Assembly: GCA_031273545.1 (NCBI GenBank)
Contig: JAISRQ010000078.1
Span: 1-42,550, forward strand
Length of the DNA: 42,550 bases
Direction of reading: 5' to 3'
Source of the DNA: Holosporales bacterium
GTDB lineage: Bacteria; Pseudomonadota; Alphaproteobacteria; BNTO01
Shown piece after piece: positions 26,599 through 35,320 of this stretch. The notes under the pieces were generated by a model that saw nothing but the letters and a program-made list of their open reading frames with translations, ran no database searches and was not told the origin of the DNA. The translations under genes and the position numbers were made by a program. Positions within the stretch are counted from its first letter, which is position 1. Each line of letters starts with the position of its first letter.

Positions 26599-27881
26599 TG
26601 AACAACAAATCTTTTAATGTGGACGTTGAGAGGCTCGACCCTCCAAATATAAAGTCTACACTTGGGGCCTCAATGAATGCGGACCAGAAACCTAATGATA
26701 GCAAGCATTTGTCCTGCTCAAATTCCCACAATAATTTGGGGAATGGGTCTACAACGAGAAATTCGTTCCTATCTAAGATGGACGAAATTATTACAGACAT
26801 AGAAAAATCTATTTCAGAATTCAACACTTCAAAGGAGCACGATATGTTAAATCAGTCAAACACAAGCAATTCATTTGCAAGCAATTCAAACACAAATAAT
26901 TCGGCAGAAAAACCGCACGCTACTTTATATGCAGAAAAACCGTATTCCACGCAAAAGGCCTTCATAAATTACTTAGCAAAAGGCGAAATGAACTTCGAGT
27001 CAAAGGGACACCTCCTGAGTCGCGATGAAAACAACGGCGGCTACCTTGTTCCAGGGGCGACCATGGCGCAGATCGACGCACGCATGAAGTATTTGTGCCC
27101 TCTTCGATCGTTGGCAAAAGTAGACACAATCAAAAGCGAATCCCTTGAATTGTTAATCGACAAAGGTGCGACGGATGCTGGGTGGATGTTAACGGACGAG
27201 CTAACGGACGGAGGCTATCCTGATTTGACGAAAATAAAAATTCAAACGCATCCGCTTTATGCAAAGCCCAGAGCGAGCCAAAAAATTTTGGATGACGTGG
27301 GCGACGCACTTGAAGAGTGGATCATAGCGAAAATTGCTCAAAAAGTGGCCGCAATCGAAAATCATGCATTTTTATACGGAGACGGAGACCGTAAACCGAA
27401 AGGAATATTGGCGTACCCTATGGTGCCGATTGGGGACGGCGACTGGGAAAAAATTGAATGCGTCGACTCAAAAGCAATTTCGCGCAACAGCCTCTTAAAT
27501 ATCGTAGGCGCACTTAAGTCTGAATATTTGCAAAATGCGACATGGCTAATGTCGCGCAGTGCGTTCACGGCAATTCAACAAATAACCGACGAGTTAGGGC
27601 GGTTCTTGTGGCAACCAGCGCTTGTATCTGGAGCGCCATCATGCTTACTTGGGTACCCCGTGGTTGTATCAGACGATATGCCTAAAGTTGAAGATAACAG
27701 CACACCAATCTTATTTGGAGACTTTGCTAGTACATATCAGATTGTGGACCGCGGCGAAATTAGCGTACTAAGAGACCCGTACAGCGCAAAACCGTATGTC
27801 GAATTTTATGCAACAAGACGCGTCGGCGGAGATGTTGTAAATTTTGACTCGGTTAAAGCGCTGTGCATTCGCGACGGATAG
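26598..27881 (+). CDS. HK97-family phage/GTA-type major capsid protein. The start is ATG 26598, overlapping the protease stop in TAATG.
   Basis: 'NNGGYLVPGATMAQI...LCPLRSLA', 'WQPALVSGAPSCLLGYPVVVSDDMP', 'ILFGDFASTYQIVDR'. The N-terminal ~115 aa are Asn/Ser-rich and delta-domain-like. Confidence 0.85.
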   Translation: MNNKSFNVDVERLDPPNIKSTLGASMNADQKPNDSKHLSCSNSHNNLGNGSTTRNSFLSKMDEIITDIEKSISEFNTSKEHDMLNQSNTSNSFASNSNTNNSAEKPHATLYAEKPYSTQKAFINYLAKGEMNFESKGHLLSRDENNGGYLVPGATMAQIDARMKYLCPLRSLAKVDTIKSESLELLIDKGATDAGWMLTDELTDGGYPDLTKIKIQTHPLYAKPRASQKILDDVGDALEEWIIAKIAQKVAAIENHAFLYGDGDRKPKGILAYPMVPIGDGDWEKIECVDSKAISRNSLLNIVGALKSEYLQNATWLMSRSAFTAIQQITDELGRFLWQPALVSGAPSCLLGYPVVVSDDMPKVEDNSTPILFGDFASTYQIVDRGEISVLRDPYSAKPYVEFYATRRVGGDVVNFDSVKALCIRDG

Positions 27882-27888
27882 AGCCTCA

Positions 27889-28992
27889 TTATTGAGTGTT
27901 CGCATTTTCGCGTCCTTGTCCATTTCTACGCGCTAGCATCTCTGCAAGGGACTCACCTTCTCCTCTCGTTTCAGTCGCTTTGCCCATTGGTCTAGATGCT
28001 GGTGGCGTAGTTTGAATTTTTTCTGGGGGCGAGTCCAAAACTTGTGCTGGCGGCGGAGTTTGAGCCATAACTGGCGGCGAAGGAGGGGTTTGAACTAGAG
28101 CCGGTGGTGATGCCAAGACTGATGCCATCTTTTGCGTAACAACTTTACTTTGTGCAAGAATTATAGCGGGAGGCAGAGTCTGAACTTTTGCCGAAGCCGA
28201 GCCCGTAACTGATGCTGGAGGCAGAGTCTGAATTTTTTCTAGCGTCGAGCTCACAACTGGTGCCGGAGTTGAATCAGTTTTAGGGGTTAGTTCTACACGC
28301 GGCGTACTTTTTAGTATTTCCCTTAATTCTCGTCTCTCACTAAGAGACATTCCTGGACCTCTCGTTTGTTTCGGTTTTCCCAGGGCTCGTGAATGTGGCG
28401 GTTCTTGTCTGGCAGAATCACCCCAAGGCCCTTTATTAGATGAGTTAGCCTGGGAATCATCAGAAGAGCTTGTCGACATACTATAACTATACTCACTTCC
28501 GAAATTATTTTGAATTAATGGCCCACCGGCAAGGGAAGTGTTGTTTGATTCGGTTGGACTTTGTCTGCGCGGTTTTTTTGTAATTTTAAACCTAGAAGAT
28601 GACTGCTGTTTTTCATCAGAAGAGCTTGTCGACGTACCACAACTATACTCACTTCCGAAATTGTTTTGAACTAGTGACTCACCAGCGAGGGAAGTGTTGG
28701 TTGATTTTGTTGGACTTTGTCTGCGCGGTTTTCTCGTAACTTTTAATTCAGTACGAGAATACTGCGTATTTATTTGATGTTCGCCTGCAAGTAAAGGGGG
28801 GTCTAATTCGATTGCGCCTTGTTCGTGCGATGGTGTCCCTTTAATTGGATTTTTAAAAATAGGCGGCTGAGTGTTAATCAACGGTTCAACCAAATCGTCT
28901 ACTACTTGACTTGCGTGCAACACAACGCACCTAAATGAAGTCACCGCAATAAAAAGCGATAAACACAAAAATGCTTTCCTTCCTATAAACAT
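27889..28992 (-). CDS. Secreted Pro/Ser-rich repeat protein (367 aa).
   Basis: Signal peptide 'AFLCLSLFIAVTSFRCVVLHA'. A 52-aa unit occurs twice ('K.T.KPRRQSPT.S.NTSLAG..L.QNNFGSEYS...STSSSD'). C-terminal 'K.QTLPPA / QTPP' proline repeats are present. Confidence 0.6.
   Translation of the reverse strand: MFIGRKAFLCLSLFIAVTSFRCVVLHASQVVDDLVEPLINTQPPIFKNPIKGTPSHEQGAIELDPPLLAGEHQINTQYSRTELKVTRKPRRQSPTKSTNTSLAGESLVQNNFGSEYSCGTSTSSSDEKQQSSSRFKITKKPRRQSPTESNNTSLAGGPLIQNNFGSEYSYSMSTSSSDDSQANSSNKGPWGDSARQEPPHSRALGKPKQTRGPGMSLSERRELREILKSTPRVELTPKTDSTPAPVVSSTLEKIQTLPPASVTGSASAKVQTLPPAIILAQSKVVTQKMASVLASPPALVQTPPSPPVMAQTPPPAQVLDSPPEKIQTTPPASRPMGKATETRGEGESLAEMLARRNGQGRENANTQ
28457..28768. repeat. 156-bp tandem duplication (coding) inside the Pro/Ser-rich gene.
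   Basis: tcatcagaagagcttgtcgac occurs at 28457 and 28613, and aactatactcacttccgaaatt at 28485 and 28641. The period is 156 bp, equal to 52 codons. Confidence 0.9.
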
Positions 28993-29131
28993 GTATACTC
29001 CTCTTTTGAGAATAAAAATATGCCATATATAAGTGTATTATAGCAGCATATTTATAATAATGAAAAGTTAAAAATAATTAGCTTGAAAAAGTCAAGCAAA
29101 CAGCCAGAATCATGCCCCAAAAAGCACATAA

Positions 29132-29158
29132 ACCCACTTCTTATTTGAAGAAGTGGGT
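29132..29158 (-). terminator. Rho-independent terminator downstream of the 29269-30456 gene.
   Basis: 11-bp stem acccacttctt / aagaagtgggt with a 5-nt loop. On the minus strand it is followed by TTTATGTGCTTTTT. Confidence 0.55.
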
Positions 29159-29268
29159 CTATTTGTACCCTAAGTGATTATAGAATTTTTTTATCCAACA
29201 AAGACTTACGATTGCTTAGTTTTTGTCCAACAACCTTTAATAATTCTGGATACTAGAATTACGCCCGT

Positions 29269-30456
29269 CTATTGACCGCTGTTTTGGGCATCTTGCTGCT
29301 CCTGCCTGTCTAATCTACTTACTACCTGACTGAATCGTTCCATGTGCATCTCTAATAACCGCTCCAAATGTTCAACCCTTCTGTCTATTTCCACGAAATG
29401 TTCAACTTGTCTGTTTATCAATTCTTGGAAATATTCCAGTCGTGCATAGATCACTTGCTGTTGATCTATGGACAAGGTATACGCAGGCCCACCATTCCAA
29501 GCGGTTGACTCGTAATCATTTGGGTAAGGAGGCGGCGCAAAATATTCCCTCCCCCTCTCGCGCGCAACATCCGATAACGCCGGAATGCTCATATCTGTTG
29601 TGTCATTCGTATCAACAATACGCGCACAATCTTCCATGAAATTAACCTCGCGCGAAGCTCCCCAACCGCGCGCAATATATTCCGGAGTCTCGAATAAATG
29701 CGGACTAAAATCGGAATCGTGAGTGTCTTCATACTCTCCTTCCTCGTTTATCCATCGCACGTTAGGGTCAGACTCAAAGTACCTTTCCGTTGCTCCACGA
29801 TATCTGCTTGCCGTTCCATCGTATCTGCCCCTCCAAGGCCCCGTTTCCGCATAGTCAAGGCTGTAGAACTCTGCGAAGTTCATTGAACGCGAGATAGGTA
29901 AGTCGCTTGCGTCACTTTCTTCTGCCGGAAATAGTGAAGCAAAAAGATCGCTACCTGCGAAAACATCAGCATTCGCACCAATTTCAAACGGTTCTGCAGT
30001 CATGGGGCTACAGTGTTCATTATATTCATCAAGGATTGCTGTAATGTAATGTGAAACTCTACGCATTACCCTATCTAGTCCCAAACAAAATCCTGGAAAA
30101 TGCCTGATCAATGAACGTATTATCGCGGAAGTTCCTTCGTCCGACACCCTATCTGCTGATGTTTCAGCCGCAGGGACATGTTGCACTCCGACATCAGCTT
30201 GTCTGGGTAGTGTTGATGGTCCCTCAGGCATCAATGATTCAGCCGCTATTGGTTCTTCAGCTTGCCTTCGCGACCGCTCGAGTGTTGATGTATCACGCGT
30301 ATATTCGTCTGAATCGCTACTTTCCTCTTCAGGTGACCCATAAGAAGGCCACAATCGAGATAAATCTTCTTGTTGATTTGATGCCAAACAAACCTGTAGT
30401 TCGCTTATTATAATAGTAGATACAATTAAAAATTTATTACTCATGATAGTTCTCAC
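29269..30456 (-). CDS. Secreted acidic protein with a C-terminal coiled-coil-like region (395 aa; ATG 30444 is a more likely start than GTG 30456).
   Basis: Signal-like 'MSNKFLIVSTIIISELQVCLAS'. Asp/Glu-rich body. C-terminal heptad-like 'LEYFQELINRQVEHFVEIDRRVEHLERLLEMHMERF'. I recognise no family. Confidence 0.55.
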   Translation of the reverse strand: MRTIMSNKFLIVSTIIISELQVCLASNQQEDLSRLWPSYGSPEEESSDSDEYTRDTSTLERSRRQAEEPIAAESLMPEGPSTLPRQADVGVQHVPAAETSADRVSDEGTSAIIRSLIRHFPGFCLGLDRVMRRVSHYITAILDEYNEHCSPMTAEPFEIGANADVFAGSDLFASLFPAEESDASDLPISRSMNFAEFYSLDYAETGPWRGRYDGTASRYRGATERYFESDPNVRWINEEGEYEDTHDSDFSPHLFETPEYIARGWGASREVNFMEDCARIVDTNDTTDMSIPALSDVARERGREYFAPPPYPNDYESTAWNGGPAYTLSIDQQQVIYARLEYFQELINRQVEHFVEIDRRVEHLERLLEMHMERFSQVVSRLDRQEQQDAQNSGQ

Positions 30457-30466
30457 ATAGGCAGGT

Positions 30467-30486
30467 AACGCGTTGTAACATGTTAC
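30467..30486. promoter_or_regulatory. Adjacent palindromes (possible operator) in a divergent promoter region.
   Basis: AACGCGTT (30467-30474) is immediately followed by the perfect 12-bp palindrome GTAACATGTTAC (30475-30486). Confidence 0.25.
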
Positions 30487-30631
30487 GGTACTACAGGAAT
30501 ATTATTTGTGGCAACACGCTTCAATTGGTGTCAATCCGTTCTGGAGCGGTTTGTTTATTTGAGTTTGTACGCGTGGCGTGGGTGAACGAATCATATATGC
30601 GTGGAGTCATTTTCGAAAACTGTGTATAGTG

Positions 30632-30660
30632 TTGACTTTTGATGTGGTATTGCATAGAAT
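30632..30660 (+). promoter_or_regulatory. Candidate sigma70-type promoter of the Sel1-repeat gene.
   Basis: TTGACT (30632-30637), a 17-nt spacer, then TAGAAT (30655-30660), 40 nt upstream of ATG 30700. Confidence 0.45.
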
Positions 30661-30699
30661 AAGCATTAGGGTATCTTTTTATAATAATAGGCATCATTA

Positions 30700-31773
30700 A
30701 TGAATTGCAGTAATATTCGAAGCTTAGCTCTTTTTTGCGTTTTGTCAGGAGCATTTATTTTATCAGGTTTTTTTGACATGTCTGTTAACGCGGCTGACTT
30801 TTTTACAGGTGCGGAAAGGGATCAAGCTGTATACTTTCCCCAGGTATTTCCACAAGTTCCGCCAATTTGCCTAAAGGATGCCCAAGGTCCCCTAACTTTT
30901 GCGGATAAAGTTAAGTATTATAAACTAGCTGCGGATCAAGGTGATACGATAGCGCAATTAGAATACGGAAATTGCTTGCGCTATGGATTTAGCGTAAAAA
31001 AAGATTTGGTTGAGGCTGTCAAGTATTATAAATTAGCTGCAGATCAAAAGCATCCAATCGCGCAATGCAGATACGGCTGGTGTTTAGATAATGCAGTTGG
31101 CATAAATCAGGATTGTGTTGAGGCTGCGAAGTATTTTAAATTAGCTGCAAAGCAAGGTAACGCAAACGCGCAATGCAATTACGGTCTCAGCTTATCTAAT
31201 GGGCGTGGCGTGGATGTGAATTTTGTTAAGTCTGCGAAGTATTATAAAATGGCGGCGGATCAAAATTATCCCGCTGGGCAGTTGTGTTATGGATGGTGTC
31301 TAGAGAAGGGAATTGGAGTGGGTAAGAATTCGGTCTTGGCTGCTAAGTATTATAAATTAGCCGCAGACCAGGATGAGATGAATGCGCAGTTCTCTTATGG
31401 AAAATGCCTATTTTATGGGATTGGTGTTGAGAAAGATTTGATTGGAGCTGTTAGGTACTATAGACTGTCGGCAGATCAAGGTAACGCTAAAGCACAATTC
31501 GATTATGGGTGTTGCTTAGAAAGAGGGTGTGTGGTGCCTGAGAATTCGGTCATGGCTGCAGAGTATTATAAGTTAGCAGCAGACCAAGGTCACGTAGACG
31601 CGCAATTTAATTACGGATTATGCTTAGAGGACGGAAGTGGTGTGCCTAAGAATTTGGTCAAGGCGGCTAGGTATTATCGACTTGCTGCGGATAGTGGCGA
31701 TGCGGAAGCACAAGCTGGATATGATCGCTGTGTAAAGTTACAGAAGAGAATAGAAAGGCGCAGAAAAAAATAA
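30700..31773 (+). CDS. Secreted Sel1-repeat protein with eight tandem ~36-aa repeats.
   Basis: Signal peptide, then eight occurrences of 'A.KYYKLAADQG...AQ..YG.CL..G.GV.K'. Confidence 0.85.
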   Translation: MNCSNIRSLALFCVLSGAFILSGFFDMSVNAADFFTGAERDQAVYFPQVFPQVPPICLKDAQGPLTFADKVKYYKLAADQGDTIAQLEYGNCLRYGFSVKKDLVEAVKYYKLAADQKHPIAQCRYGWCLDNAVGINQDCVEAAKYFKLAAKQGNANAQCNYGLSLSNGRGVDVNFVKSAKYYKMAADQNYPAGQLCYGWCLEKGIGVGKNSVLAAKYYKLAADQDEMNAQFSYGKCLFYGIGVEKDLIGAVRYYRLSADQGNAKAQFDYGCCLERGCVVPENSVMAAEYYKLAADQGHVDAQFNYGLCLEDGSGVPKNLVKAARYYRLAADSGDAEAQAGYDRCVKLQKRIERRRKK

Positions 31774-31843
31774 AGAGTAAAAGAGAAGTAGGTCTGAATA
31801 AAGAAGAATAAAAAGTAATAACGGGTATGATTAAGATAAAGAG

Positions 31844-33214
31844 ATGGAAGTGTTAGCTGAATCTATGCGAGAAAATACTATGCGCGAAAAATTGGTGGAG
31901 CTTATAGCGGCGGCGTTGCGCAACAAAAGCATCCCTGCTGACAGGGTTTTTCAGAATTTTTGCAAAAAGCGAAATCTTGGAAGCAAACAAAGAAAAAGCC
32001 TGTCTGATTCGTTTTTCGATTTTTGGCGCAATTATTGGAAATGTGCGTTTTTGGTTGATGCTCAAGGATATGATGAGTTTGCCACGAATACTTCGTCAGA
32101 CCAACTAGCAAGCGTAGCAGAAGTAGTTATTTTAAGTAAAACAGAAATGATTGAGGCAAATAAGTTAGTCTCAGCGTTCGAACGGCTTAGTGCATATTCC
32201 TCGGATGTATTTCCGATCTCTGCTCAAATGAACATGCATCCAGGCATTTGGGCGCTATTCACGGAATCTTTTCCAAGCGAGGAGTCTGCAATTTCGGTTG
32301 CCTCGTACGTTCCTCCTTCCGTTGATATCCGCGTAAATACATTTGCAGGCTTCACAAAAAGCGCAGTAATTCGTCATCTTTGCGGCCAAGGAATCATCGT
32401 AGACGAGCTCCCGTACGACGCCTTACGAATACACAAGCGCGCCCCTTTGACTCGCGACGCCTTATATCAAGCCGGCGCCTTCGAGGTCCAGGATTTTGGC
32501 TCGCAAATAATTTCGCGCTTATGCGACGCTAGGGTAGGTGAATGCGTGTTAGATTATTGCGCAGGCGGGGGCGGCAAGGCGATTGCGATGTTGAATGACA
32601 CAAACGGAAAGGCGGAGCTTACACTGACGGACGTCAATGCGCCTAGGCTTGCAAAGGCCAACGCACGAATTTCTCGCATTCCAAAGGCGGTCGTGAGTTT
32701 CCGCTCTGAATTAGATATTCCGCTCGCTTCGTTTGATCTCGTCGTCGTGGATGCGCCCTGCTCTGGGGTCGGGACGCTCCGTCGTAACCCAGATAAAACA
32801 GTGCATTTACGTGACTCAGATATATTTGCTTTTGCAGAATTGCAGCTTAAAATATTGCGAAATGCAGCTAAATTTGTAAAAAAAGGGGGACGATTGGTTT
32901 ACATAACGTGCTCCTATCTTAAAGCAGAAAACGAGGATGTCGTGCAAGCATTCGTGGCGCAGCAGTCAGGTTTTGATTTTGTTGATATGCGCGAAGTTTG
33001 GAGGCGAAAATGCGCCCTAAGTTTCCCGGATCATAGTTCTTCACAGGGGATAAGATTGACGCAGACGGACGGATTTTTTATTTCAACCATGCAGTATATG
33101 CCGAGGGCCCTAAAGATTGCGGAAAAGAAGATCGAAAATAGTAAGTGTTTTACGGGCCAAAACGACCGCAATCATTTGGGGGGTATACCGGAGGGCAAAA
33201 AATGTGGACCATAA
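31844..33214 (+). CDS. rsmB: RsmB/Sun-family rRNA cytosine-C5 methyltransferase. Its last 39 codons are supplied by family B repeats.
   Basis: SAM motif 'LDYCAGGGGKA', 'VVVDAPCSGVGTLRRNPD', 'LVYITCS', 'TDGFFIS'. Confidence 0.8.
   Translation: MEVLAESMRENTMREKLVELIAAALRNKSIPADRVFQNFCKKRNLGSKQRKSLSDSFFDFWRNYWKCAFLVDAQGYDEFATNTSSDQLASVAEVVILSKTEMIEANKLVSAFERLSAYSSDVFPISAQMNMHPGIWALFTESFPSEESAISVASYVPPSVDIRVNTFAGFTKSAVIRHLCGQGIIVDELPYDALRIHKRAPLTRDALYQAGAFEVQDFGSQIISRLCDARVGECVLDYCAGGGGKAIAMLNDTNGKAELTLTDVNAPRLAKANARISRIPKAVVSFRSELDIPLASFDLVVVDAPCSGVGTLRRNPDKTVHLRDSDIFAFAELQLKILRNAAKFVKKGGRLVYITCSYLKAENEDVVQAFVAQQSGFDFVDMREVWRRKCALSFPDHSSSQGIRLTQTDGFFISTMQYMPRALKIAEKKIENSKCFTGQNDRNHLGGIPEGKKCGP
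33095..33187 (+). repeat. Family B palindromic element, copy B4a (inside the rsmB ORF).
   Basis: TATATGCCGAGGGCCCTAAAGATTGCGGAAAAGAAGATCGAAAATAGTAAGTGTTTTACGGGCCAAAACGACCGCAATCATTTGGGGGGTATA. Confidence 0.8.
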
Positions 33215-33276
33215 ACTGAATAATCACAAGTGTTTGTTTGGTTAAAAAGTCCGTAATCTTTTGGGGGAGTAAGATA
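33184..33276 (+). repeat. Family B palindromic element, copy B4b. It is tandem to B4a, shares the TATA junction and contains the rsmB stop codon.
   Basis: TATACCGGAGGGCAAAAAATGTGGACCATAAACTGAATAATCACAAGTGTTTGTTTGGTTAAAAAGTCCGTAATCTTTTGGGGGAGTAAGATA. Confidence 0.8.
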
Positions 33277-33385
33277 CATAACCAGATGAGTATTCTTGGT
33301 AAATATAATTTTCGACGTTACATTCTTCTGCGAATTTCGTAACATGGGAGTGTTTGGTGGATTTTAACAAAACATAGAGGCAATT

Positions 33386-35320
33386 TTGTCAGCAACTGCG
33401 CGTAATTTTTTAATTTGGTCGGTTCTTTTCGTGACAATCTTTGTTGGCGTGAGCTTTTTCACAGAACAAAGCGAAAAGATGGCTGAAAATTGTCTAACGT
33501 ACTCACGTTTTGTCGAATCAGTCAACTCTGGAGATGTGGCAGAAGTCACAGTTCAAGGGCAAAAAATTGTGGGAAAAACAAAAAAGGGCGAAGAGTTTTC
33601 TACGTACGTGCCGTTTCACAGCCCGGCATTACTACAAGACATGGTCAACCACGGGGTAAACGTAATCGCCAAACCTGTGGAATCTGGATATTCTTTCTGG
33701 GCTTTTATAATTCCTTGGATTCCTTTGCTCGTATTGGTCGGCTTAGTTTTTTATTCAATTCGCCAAATGCAATCTAATGGAAATAAGGCGATTGGCTTTG
33801 GAAAATCTTCTGCAAAAATTGTGGAGGATAAAACCGTGATGACCCGGTTTGAAGATGTTGCCGGGGTGGATGAGGCCAAACAAGAGCTTCAAGAGGTCGT
33901 TGATTTCCTAAAGGATACACAAAAATTCCAGAAACTCGGAGGGAAAATTCCCAAAGGTATCTTGTTGGTTGGTCCTCCTGGGACTGGCAAAACTTTATTG
34001 GGAAGAGCAATCGCTGGCGAGGCTGGCGTCCCGTTTTATAGTATGGCAGGCTCAGACTTCGTCGAAGTGTTCGTTGGCGTAGGAGCAAGCCGGGTTCGAG
34101 ATTTATTTGGCCAAGCGAAGAAAAACAGCCCCAGTATAATCTTTATTGACGAAATCGACGCAGTTGGCCGTCGCCGTGGTTCTGGGTATGGTGGAGGAAA
34201 CGACGAAAGAGAACAAACTTTGAATCAAATGCTTGTCGAAATGGATGGTTTCGATGTGTCCCAAACTGTTATAGTCGTTGCTGCAACAAACAGGGCTGAC
34301 GTCCTTGATAACGCGCTTTTGCGTCCTGGGCGATTTGACAGGCGCGTGGTCGTCCCTCTCCCTGACTTAAAGGGGAGGGAAAAAATACTAAGCGTACATA
34401 CGGCCAAAGTGCCGCTGGATAGCTCTGTTCGCAAGGATATACTCGCGCGCGGGACCCCAGGTTTTTCGGGGGCCGACTTAGCAAACTTGGTGAACGAGGC
34501 TGCCCTTATGGCCGCAAAGCGTGGGCAGGCGAACGTCACAATGAAAAACTTCGAAGAGGCTAAGGACAAAGTCCTCATGGGATCCGAGCGGCGTTCCTGG
34601 GTTATGACAGACGAGGAAAAGAAACTTACGGCCTTCCACGAAGCTGGGCACGCGATCGTGTCTCTTTTTACTCCAGGGTCCGACCCTATACACAAGGCAA
34701 CGATCATCCCACGTGGGAATACGCTTGGTATGGTTGTCAATTTGCCGGAGACGGACCGAGTGTCTGTTACGTTTGAGGCGTTACAGTCGAACATTATGAC
34801 TACCATGGGCGGAAAAATCTCTGAGGAAATGACATTTGGCAAACACCGCGTTACAACCGGTGCCGCTTCAGATATAAAAGCCGCAACAAGTTTGGCTCGC
34901 AGGATGGTGACTGAGTGGGGGATGAGCGAACGCCTTGGTTTTCAAAATTGCGACTTTATTGAATCTTACGGGGTGAGAGAGATTTCTGATTCAACTTCGC
35001 GGATTGTGGACGAGGAGGTCAGCGCCATTCTCACGTCTTGTTATGAGAAGACTCGCGCTATCTTGATTGAACACCAAAAGCAGTTGCACGATTTGGCGAA
35101 CGCGTTGCTAGATCGAGAAACTCTTACGGGGGAAGAGATTAAGCTTGTGTGCAATGGGGAGACACTTCCGCCAATTTTAGAAGAAGAAGAACATGAGCCA
35201 GCGAAAAACACAGAGGAAGGTGTCACGACATCGAGTTCGTCTACGTCCAAGAGACGCACCACAAAAACCGTGATTAAGAAAGTAAAAGGGGCGCTTCCTG
35301 ATGATCCGGATTTGCTATGA
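33386..35320 (+). CDS. ftsH: ATP-dependent zinc metalloprotease FtsH (TTG start as in the ORF track; the exact start is uncertain).
   Basis: Two N-terminal TM segments, Walker A 'GPPGTGKT', 'IIFIDEIDA', SRH '[18 protein letters not shown]', and the zinc site 'HEAGHA'. Confidence 0.95.
   Translation: MSATARNFLIWSVLFVTIFVGVSFFTEQSEKMAENCLTYSRFVESVNSGDVAEVTVQGQKIVGKTKKGEEFSTYVPFHSPALLQDMVNHGVNVIAKPVESGYSFWAFIIPWIPLLVLVGLVFYSIRQMQSNGNKAIGFGKSSAKIVEDKTVMTRFEDVAGVDEAKQELQEVVDFLKDTQKFQKLGGKIPKGILLVGPPGTGKTLLGRAIAGEAGVPFYSMAGSDFVEVFVGVGASRVRDLFGQAKKNSPSIIFIDEIDAVGRRRGSGYGGGNDEREQTLNQMLVEMDGFDVSQTVIVVAATNRADVLDNALLRPGRFDRRVVVPLPDLKGREKILSVHTAKVPLDSSVRKDILARGTPGFSGADLANLVNEAALMAAKRGQANVTMKNFEEAKDKVLMGSERRSWVMTDEEKKLTAFHEAGHAIVSLFTPGSDPIHKATIIPRGNTLGMVVNLPETDRVSVTFEALQSNIMTTMGGKISEEMTFGKHRVTTGAASDIKAATSLARRMVTEWGMSERLGFQNCDFIESYGVREISDSTSRIVDEEVSAILTSCYEKTRAILIEHQKQLHDLANALLDRETLTGEEIKLVCNGETLPPILEEEEHEPAKNTEEGVTTSSSSTSKRRTTKTVIKKVKGALPDDPDLL

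Noticed and set aside
26029-27881. Possible intact prophage or complete gene transfer agent.
   Set aside because: Only the protease and capsid genes are present. There is no terminase, portal, adaptor, tail, integrase or att-like repeat in the flanks.
27889-28992. The Pro-rich secreted protein as a WH2/actin-nucleating effector of the RickA or Sca2 kind.
   Set aside because: Proline tracts are present, but I could not identify a convincing WH2 motif (LLxxIxxGxxLKK-like). The idea is speculation only.
34225-34842. A 205-aa antisense ORF inside ftsH. Similar embedded ORFs include 26-553(-), 10882-11316(-), 35041-35490(-), 40907-41539(+), 37648-37983(-) and 23296-23670(-).
   Set aside because: Each lies wholly within, or antisense to, a gene with strong homology signals. 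They have no motifs or SD support and are typical shadow ORFs.
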